DNA from: Omnitrophica bacterium GWA2_41_15
GTDB lineage: Bacteria; Omnitrophota; Gorgyraeia; Gygaellales; Profunditerraquicolaceae
Reading direction: 5' to 3'
Length of the DNA stretch: 62,141 nt
NCBI GenBank assembly: GCA_919902445.1
Contig: CAKKQZ010000060.1
Span: 1 to 62,141 of the forward strand
A program made the position numbers and the translations under genes. Shown piece after piece: positions 56,795-62,141 of this stretch; position 1 is the first letter of the stretch; every line of letters begins with the position of its first letter. The notes under the pieces were generated by a model. The model was not told the DNA's origin. It searched no databases and worked only from the letters and a program-made list of their open reading frames with translations.

Positions 56795-57633
56795 AGAAAT
56801 CTGTTATAATCCTGATCTGCATTGCGGCAGTAATATTATTCGCTCTCCTTGTCAATTACGGAGCTACACATGTCAGGGGAGTTCCGGTTAAAATAGTAGA
56901 ACAGAAGGCCGAGGTTCTTGAAGTGCCGTTTTTTGACAAAGACATAGACTTGAATAAGGGCATTGCAACGGATTTCTGGAGCGGCCTTAAGCCGCAGGAA
57001 ATAAAACTTATTTATCAACTCATGGCCTTACCCTGGCCAAAAAGCTCAACGCCTATGGTTAAAGTAACAGCGTTTCATAATACCAAAGATATTTATTTTT
57101 ACATGGAATGGATTGATGAGACTGAGGATAAGATTTTAGGAGTAAATAAGTTCTCTGATGCCTGCGCAATTATGTTTCCGATGGATGAAAAGGCGCAGGC
57201 CCCGACGCTGATGATGGGTTTTCTGGGAAGAGCGGATATCTGGCACTGGAAGGCAAGCCGGGACATTCAGTTCTGGTTGAAGGAAGAGCCTGTAAATAAT
57301 AAGGTGTATGTAGACCTGTATTATCCGTTTGAAGACAAAGAGACGCTGGTAGTTTCCAAGGAAATCGTAAAGTCAGCAGTAAATGACCTTACGGCTATAA
57401 GAGTAGGCACGGTTACTCCTAAAGAAAACCAGTATGTTGAGGGAAGAGGGTTTTATAATCAGGGTGTATGGCAGGTAGTCTTTAAACGTTCACTTAAAGC
57501 GGTTGATGCGCAGAATGATGCGATTTTTAATAGCGGCAAGCGGCTATGCGCCTTTGCCGTCTGGAACGGCTCAAAAGGAGAGCGCGGCGGCAGAAAATCC
57601 ATCTCAGACTGGGTAGAACTACTAATTAAATAG
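56791..57633 (+). CDS. heme-b gamma subunit, ethylbenzene-dehydrogenase-gamma (EB_dh) family
   Basis: N-terminal hydrophobic segment. SDACAIMFPMDE...MMGFLGRADIWHWKA...AFAVWNGS resembles EbdC/SerC/NxrC-type gamma subunits. Confidence 0.65.
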   Translation: MKKSVIILICIAAVILFALLVNYGATHVRGVPVKIVEQKAEVLEVPFFDKDIDLNKGIATDFWSGLKPQEIKLIYQLMALPWPKSSTPMVKVTAFHNTKDIYFYMEWIDETEDKILGVNKFSDACAIMFPMDEKAQAPTLMMGFLGRADIWHWKASRDIQFWLKEEPVNNKVYVDLYYPFEDKETLVVSKEIVKSAVNDLTAIRVGTVTPKENQYVEGRGFYNQGVWQVVFKRSLKAVDAQNDAIFNSGKRLCAFAVWNGSKGERGGRKSISDWVELLIK

Positions 57634-57690
57634 GGACACCCTTTCTGCTAAAGCTAAGCCGCTCTTTCTGCCAATCTTAAGGGTGTCCCC
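57632..57690. repeat. 59-nt TIR element (copy B)
   Basis: AGGGACACCCTT ... AAGGGTGTCCC terminal inverted repeats (11 bp). The interior matches copy A at 30151-30209 in reverse orientation. Confidence 0.7.
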
Positions 57691-57710
57691 AATAAGGTAA
57701 GGAATAAGAA

Positions 57711-58187
57711 ATGAAAAAACTAATTATTGTCCTGCTCTCGGTTTTATGTTTTACAGCTACTTCTTACGCAGCTGAAAGGTTCTTTGAAATCAAGGCGAAA
57801 AGATTTGTCTATACTCCCAGCATTATCAAGGTAAATAAGGGTGATTTAGTCAGGATCCGCCTTATTAGCGAAGATGTGACCCACGGTTTTTTCCTCGACG
57901 GTTACGGCCTAAATACGTCTACGCATCCGGGACAGGAAGGATTCCTGCAATTTGTTGCGGATAAGCCGGGAAGATTTACTTTTAGGTGCTCGGTTACCTG
58001 CGGAGAATTTCATCCTTATATGGTAGGATATTTTGTAGTAGAAAAAAACCTGCGCCTTTACTTATTTGTGCTTTTGACCGTTCTTTTAGGAGTGGGAAGC
58101 CTTTTAATAATTCTTAAGAATAAACCGCAACAGGCTCATGATAATAATCCGCCGCAGGAGCCAACTATGAATACCAGTAATGGATAA
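57711..58187 (+). CDS. cupredoxin with CuA-type motif (type A), signal peptide plus C-terminal TM anchor
   Basis: DVTHGF plus CSVTCGEFHPYM. Paralogue of 43641-44150. Confidence 0.65.
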   Translation: MKKLIIVLLSVLCFTATSYAAERFFEIKAKRFVYTPSIIKVNKGDLVRIRLISEDVTHGFFLDGYGLNTSTHPGQEGFLQFVADKPGRFTFRCSVTCGEFHPYMVGYFVVEKNLRLYLFVLLTVLLGVGSLLIILKNKPQQAHDNNPPQEPTMNTSNG

Positions 58188-59604
58188 TAAAGATAAATTA
58201 TTCGGCTTGATAGATCTAAACTGGAGGTTTGAACTCACAAAGTTTAAGCAGGTCGGGAAGCTTTTTAAATCCCGCTGGTTTCCGCTCCTTCCTATTATCG
58301 TAAATCTTTTTATTTTTGTCATAATTTTACTCGCCGGTTTTATCGGAGGCTATTCCTCCGGGAGTTACAATTTCGGGATCATGATTGTCTGGATACTCTG
58401 GTGGGTAATGCTGATGTTTATTCTGGTTCCCGGTTTTTCGCGGTCATGGTGCCTTATGTGCCCGTTTCCCATATTCTCCGACTGGTTTCAAAGGAAAAGG
58501 CTCTTCGGCGTCAGGCAGGGTAAGCTGGAAGGGCTGGGGCTTAAATGGCCGAAACAACTTAAAAATATGTGGGTGATGAATATCGGTTTTTTAGTCACGA
58601 CATTCTTCTCCGGGCTTTTTACCGTAAAACCTTTCGCTACTTTTGTGCTTTTGGGAGGAATAATTCTGCTTGCTTTCTTAATCGGTTTAATCTTTGAAAA
58701 GCGCTCTTTTTGTTTGTACGTCTGCCCGGTTTCAGGATTCCAGGGGCTTTATGCACAGTTTGCGACTGCTGAAATAAGAAGGATGAACCCTGAGCTTTGC
58801 AAGAACCATAAAGTTAAAACCTGTTTTGTGGGTAATGAATGCGGATACGGCTGCCCTTGGATGCTCACCCCCTTTGATTTTAAGAAAAATACTTACTGCG
58901 GTATGTGCCTTGAATGTTTTAAGACCTGCCCTTATGATAATATGGGATTTTTCCTAAGGCCGCCCGGAGTAGATTTGCTTTCCGATACTCCGAGAGAGCC
59001 GCGCCGGCTTGATGAGGCGTGGAAGGCCTTTATTATGCTTGGGATTGCCGCTGTGTTTTTCTTAACTATGCAGGGGCCATGGGGGGTATTAAAGGATATG
59101 GTCCGCCAGGCGACATTTAAGGGCTGGCTTATTTTTATAACCCTGCATTCATTCTTCTGCCTTGTCGGTATACCGGGGATTTTCTTTATCTTCTCATGCC
59201 TCTCCAAATTATTCAGCGGAAACAAAGAGGTTTCCTTAAGGCAAATTTTTATAAATTTCGCTTACACTCTTGTGCCTATTGGGTTAGGCGTTTGGATTGC
59301 ATTTAGCGTCGGGATAATACTTCCTAACGGCAGCTACCTCATTCATGTGATCTCTGACCCCTTTGCCTGGGGTTGGAATCTTTTTGGCACAGCGCATTTC
59401 CCTTGGACTCCGGTATTCACCGGAAGCTTGGGGTATATACAAGGCTTTGTCCTGGTAATTTTTTACTTATTCGCAACAGCCTTAGGGTTTCGTCTTTCAA
59501 AGCAGACTTACCTCGACTTAAGCCAGGCAAAGCGGGGTTGGATTCCGATTTTAATATTCTTAACTTTAGTTACGATATTATTTTTGTGGTTATATCTGGG
59601 GTGA
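58180..59604 (+). CDS. NapH-like polytopic Fe-S membrane protein (no flavoprotein insert)
   Basis: WCLMCPFP, FCLYVCPVSG, CFVGNECGYGCPW, CGMCLECFKTCPYDN, and C-terminal ISDPFAWGWNLFGTAH. Collinear with the N- and C-terminal parts of ORF 44147. Confidence 0.7.
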   Translation: MDNKDKLFGLIDLNWRFELTKFKQVGKLFKSRWFPLLPIIVNLFIFVIILLAGFIGGYSSGSYNFGIMIVWILWWVMLMFILVPGFSRSWCLMCPFPIFSDWFQRKRLFGVRQGKLEGLGLKWPKQLKNMWVMNIGFLVTTFFSGLFTVKPFATFVLLGGIILLAFLIGLIFEKRSFCLYVCPVSGFQGLYAQFATAEIRRMNPELCKNHKVKTCFVGNECGYGCPWMLTPFDFKKNTYCGMCLECFKTCPYDNMGFFLRPPGVDLLSDTPREPRRLDEAWKAFIMLGIAAVFFLTMQGPWGVLKDMVRQATFKGWLIFITLHSFFCLVGIPGIFFIFSCLSKLFSGNKEVSLRQIFINFAYTLVPIGLGVWIAFSVGIILPNGSYLIHVISDPFAWGWNLFGTAHFPWTPVFTGSLGYIQGFVLVIFYLFATALGFRLSKQTYLDLSQAKRGWIPILIFLTLVTILFLWLYLG

Positions 59605-59608
59605 GAAT

Positions 59609-59998
59609 ATGCAGAAAAAAGAATTAATCGCTGGTTTACTAGTGGTTTTATCAACAGTAGGGACTGTTGCCGGTATTTACGGTATTGAGAATTACCGCAG
59701 GAAAAAATTCTATACTGTTGAACTTATTGCCCGGGCCCCTGAAAACGGAAATTGGTACCCGCAGCAGCTCAAAATCCCCTACGGGATGAAAGAAGTGAAG
59801 ATCCTCATACGCAATATAGAAACTGTTACCCACGGATTCGCTATTCCTGATTTAGGTGTTGCGGTTGGCCAGATTAAGGCAGGAGAGGTAAAGGTAGTCA
59901 GGTTTATCCCTGACAAAAGAGGAACTTTCCCGTTTATGTGCACGGTCTGGTGCTCAACCCGCCATATGCAGATGCGCGGCGAATTGATTATTGAATAA
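59609..59998 (+). CDS. N-terminally anchored cupredoxin with CuA-type motif (type B)
   Basis: TVTHGF plus CTVWCSTRHMQM. Paralogue of 46984-47457. Its 3' end overlaps the convergent kinase gene by 11 nt. Confidence 0.6.
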   Translation: MQKKELIAGLLVVLSTVGTVAGIYGIENYRRKKFYTVELIARAPENGNWYPQQLKIPYGMKEVKILIRNIETVTHGFAIPDLGVAVGQIKAGEVKVVRFIPDKRGTFPFMCTVWCSTRHMQMRGELIIE

Positions 59999-61106
59999 TA
60001 AAATCACGTTTAGTGTTTTTGTTAAGGGTGAGAAGTTCAAAATAGAATTTGCTTCCTTTAGCCACCGTGCTCTCAACCCAGATTCTTCCATGATGCATTT
60101 CCAAAATCCGCTTACTTATAGTTAGGCCCAAGCCGCACCCGCCGTATTTTCTCTTTCCCGAAGAATCCACCTGATAAAATTTATCAAAAATCCTATCCAG
60201 TTTATCCTGTGTTATTCCTATACCTGTATCCAAGATGCAAAAAACTATCTTCTCATTTTGCGTAGAAGTATCCGCAGCTATAGAAACTTTACCTCCCGCA
60301 CGGTTGAATTTAATCGCATTCTCAAGAAGATTGGTTATTACCTGCAGTATCCTTTCTGCGTCAGCTAATACCAAAGGCAGGCCTTTTGGCAGGCTGTTTT
60401 CCAGGGTAATGCCCTGTTCGTTTGCAAGAATCTGCAGGGAAGCTTTTGCTTTTTCCGCAACTTCCAAAATATCCACAGGGCGCAGGTTAACCTTGAATTC
60501 CCCAGCTTCTATCTTTGAAAGATCCAGCAGTTCTTCTATCAAATGGTTAAGATGAATAGCGCTTTCTTCGCTTAGCCGTAGGCATTCTTTTTGCCCGGGA
60601 TTTAAACTTCCGGATTTCTCGCTTATTAAAAAAGAAATGTACCCTTGTATAGTGGTAAGCGGCGTGCGTAATTCATGGGAGACCATGGATAAAAAATTAG
60701 ATTTAAGCCGGTCTAATTCCTTTAGCTTTTTATTTACAAGTTCCAGTTCCAGGTTTTTTTTGATAAGGTTTTTTTCAAATTCCTCTATTTTCTGTTGTTT
60801 GGTCTGCCTTATAGTCCCCATTGCCCCGAAGACTACGCCAAAAAATAGAGGATGCAGCAGGAATATGATTTGAAAAGGGTGGATAGAGATTAAATGGTTT
60901 ATATTGGATAGAGTTACATTTAGCCCCGAGGAAAGTAAGTCAATCCCTAAGGTTACAAAGGGTATGGGAATACCCCAGAGAATGCCAAAGAAACAATACC
61001 AGTTTTTAAAGAGATTATAAGTTCTTTTCTGGCAAAGGGCCCTTATAAATTCCCTGACTACCTGCGCGAAAGACGCAAAATCAATATTTAAACCGGGTTT
61101 ATCCAT
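59988..61106 (-). CDS. membrane sensor histidine kinase
   Basis: TM N-terminus, HisKA SHELRTPL, HATPase GGCGLGLTISKRILEMHHG. Confidence 0.85.
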   Translation of the reverse strand: MDKPGLNIDFASFAQVVREFIRALCQKRTYNLFKNWYCFFGILWGIPIPFVTLGIDLLSSGLNVTLSNINHLISIHPFQIIFLLHPLFFGVVFGAMGTIRQTKQQKIEEFEKNLIKKNLELELVNKKLKELDRLKSNFLSMVSHELRTPLTTIQGYISFLISEKSGSLNPGQKECLRLSEESAIHLNHLIEELLDLSKIEAGEFKVNLRPVDILEVAEKAKASLQILANEQGITLENSLPKGLPLVLADAERILQVITNLLENAIKFNRAGGKVSIAADTSTQNEKIVFCILDTGIGITQDKLDRIFDKFYQVDSSGKRKYGGCGLGLTISKRILEMHHGRIWVESTVAKGSKFYFELLTLNKNTKRDFIIQ

Positions 61107-61678
61107 TATTCAATGAGGAGGTATTCTTTGATTTTTTTTACCAGTTCCTGGGCTTTAAAGGGCTTGGAAATGTAGTCACTTGCTCCGCAGGAGAGCATTT
61201 TCTTAACTTCCTTGGGGCCTTTTAAGACTGTCACCGCTATAATAGGTATATCCTTGGTTTTTTCGTCAGCCTTAAGCTGTTTGCATACTTCAAAACCGTT
61301 CATTTCCGGCATAAGGAAATCAAGAATCACTATATCCGGGAGTTCTTTAGAGATCAATAGCCCCGCCTGAAATCCGCTGCTTGCGGTTGAAACTTCAAAA
61401 TCCGCTTCTGCCGAAAGTACGGTTTCAATCATCCTCAGGATCTTTGGGTCATCATCCACAACCAATACCCTGTGTTTTTCCGCTTTCAGCAATTCTTCAG
61501 GGATGGGCATATTATTTTTCTTCATCAGTTTTAATAAATCATCCCTTTTGATTCTGCGATGGCCTCCGGGAGTGGAATAGGCAGGGAGCAGGCCTTCCTT
61601 TACCCAGTTTATGACCGTGGTAGGATAGACATCGCAGAATTTGCTTATTTCATGCGTGGTATAAAATTTTTTACCCAT
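61106..61678 (-). CDS. response regulator with N-terminal excisionase/MerR-type HTH
   Basis: YTTHEISKFCDVYPTTVINWVKEGLLPAYSTPGGHRRI, then receiver motifs VLVVDDD, VILDFLMPEMNG and TVLKGP. Confidence 0.85.
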   Translation of the reverse strand: MGKKFYTTHEISKFCDVYPTTVINWVKEGLLPAYSTPGGHRRIKRDDLLKLMKKNNMPIPEELLKAEKHRVLVVDDDPKILRMIETVLSAEADFEVSTASSGFQAGLLISKELPDIVILDFLMPEMNGFEVCKQLKADEKTKDIPIIAVTVLKGPKEVKKMLSCGASDYISKPFKAQELVKKIKEYLLIE

Positions 61679-61697
61679 CTTTAATCACCCCGATTAC

Positions 61698-61726
61698 ATT
61701 TTATCCTATTAAGATTACTTTGTCAA
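61698..61726 (-). promoter_or_regulatory. sigma70-type promoter on the minus strand (TTGACA-17 nt-TAAAAT)
   Basis: Reverse complement of 61721-61726 is TTGACA and of 61698-61703 is TAAAAT. Drives the RR-HK operon. Confidence 0.5.
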
Positions 61727-61745
61727 ACTTAAAGTAAAATTCTGC

Positions 61746-61774
61746 TTGACAAATAGGCTATAATATTGTATAAA
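61746..61774 (+). promoter_or_regulatory. sigma70-type promoter (TTGACA-17 nt-TATAAA), divergent from the previous one
   Basis: -35 at 61746-61751 and -10 at 61769-61774. Confidence 0.45.
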
Positions 61775-62031
61775 TACAAAAAGTAGTAAAGATAGTATTA
61801 GTCCTTTTTTTATTCCCTGCGCATATAAAATTTGCTTACATTAAGGAGGTTAGAAAATGGAGCCTTTTAAGTTTTACAAAGCGCCGCTGAGCCTGAAACT
61901 TTTGGTAACCATGGCGCTTTTTCAATTGACTTATATACATTCTTTGTATACAATCTATGAATAAGGTTTATATTAAAAATAGCATTCCTACAAATAACTT
62001 AACAACTATTTTTAAGAAAGGAGAAGCTAAG

Positions 62032-62141
62032 ATGCGTAAGTATGTTTTTTGTGCAGGGTTGATTTCGGCTTTTATTTTGATGTCCAACATTACTTTTGTA
62101 AAGGCTGATGAGCGTGACGATGAAATAGGGGCCTTAAAAAC
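62032..62141 (+). CDS. 5' end of a secreted protein running off the right edge
   Basis: ATG after AAAGGAGAAG. MRKYVFCAGLISAFILMSNITFVKA looks like a signal peptide. The frame is open to the window end. Confidence 0.4.
   Translation, partial: MRKYVFCAGLISAFILMSNITFVKADERDDEIGALK

Noticed and set aside
61857-61964. 35-codon ORF (MEPFKFYKAPLSLKLLVTMALFQLTYIHSLYTIYE) downstream of the divergent promoter
   Set aside because: It has a plausible RBS (AAGGAGG), but it is too short and featureless to call. It could be a leader peptide for the secreted protein starting at 62032, but there is no supporting evidence.

Overview
AT-rich bacterial contig, probably from an uncultivated lineage, that codes almost entirely on the + strand. 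Only ispH and a terminal histidine kinase/response regulator pair are on the - strand.

Left third (0-19 kb):
- MerR-like regulator, an intact HEPN/MNT toxin-antitoxin pair, and a perfect 60-nt tetranucleotide microsatellite.
- ComFB followed by a truncated second copy of the pilO/pilP-like operon tail.
- eno-ftsB, an initiator-like tRNA-Met, an ArnT-like glycosyltransferase and a RelE/ParE TA pair.
- A beta-oxidation block: thioesterase, PaaK-like ligase, thiolase, FadB-like enzyme and acyl-CoA dehydrogenase.
- Two unusual signalling proteins: cNMP-binding + degenerate MinD + patatin, and PAS-histidine kinase + degenerate GGDEF + PilZ.

Middle (19-30 kb), a decaying accessory patch:
- XRE regulator with a frameshifted MNT/HEPN remnant.
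- Two COG1373-type AAA ATPases with near-consensus, essentially leaderless promoters, bracketing a CheY/CheW/MCP cassette whose MCP carries one in-frame TAG.
- An apparently chimeric ferritin-like ORF.
- A pilMN-pilO-pilP-like operon with no secretin gene.
- A RAYT/IS200-like tyrosine transposase flanked by inverted REP-like repeats.

Right half (30-60 kb), one co-directional respiratory island:
- An Nqr operon whose subunits look Rnf-like.
- menA, a polyprenyl synthase, moeA and the alternative heme (Ahb) genes.
- A candidate Cyc2-like fused monoheme cytochrome/porin, cupredoxins, ccsBA and hemA.
- An Rrf2 regulator with a periplasmic type II DMSO-reductase-family (Nxr/Nar/Ser-like) ABDC enzyme.

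Most notable signal: a triad of CuA-motif cupredoxin, NapH-like polytopic Fe-S membrane protein and a second CuA-motif cupredoxin occurs twice, at 43.6-47.5 kb and 57.7-60.0 kb. In the first copy the membrane protein carries a roughly 470-aa GltD-like NAD(P)H flavoprotein inserted into its cysteine-rich loop. I read this as a candidate undescribed transmembrane copper/Fe-S electron conduit. One copy serves the Cyc2-like outer-membrane cytochrome and the other serves the molybdoenzyme.

All functional calls come from motifs I recognise by eye in the translated ORFs. No database search was possible.
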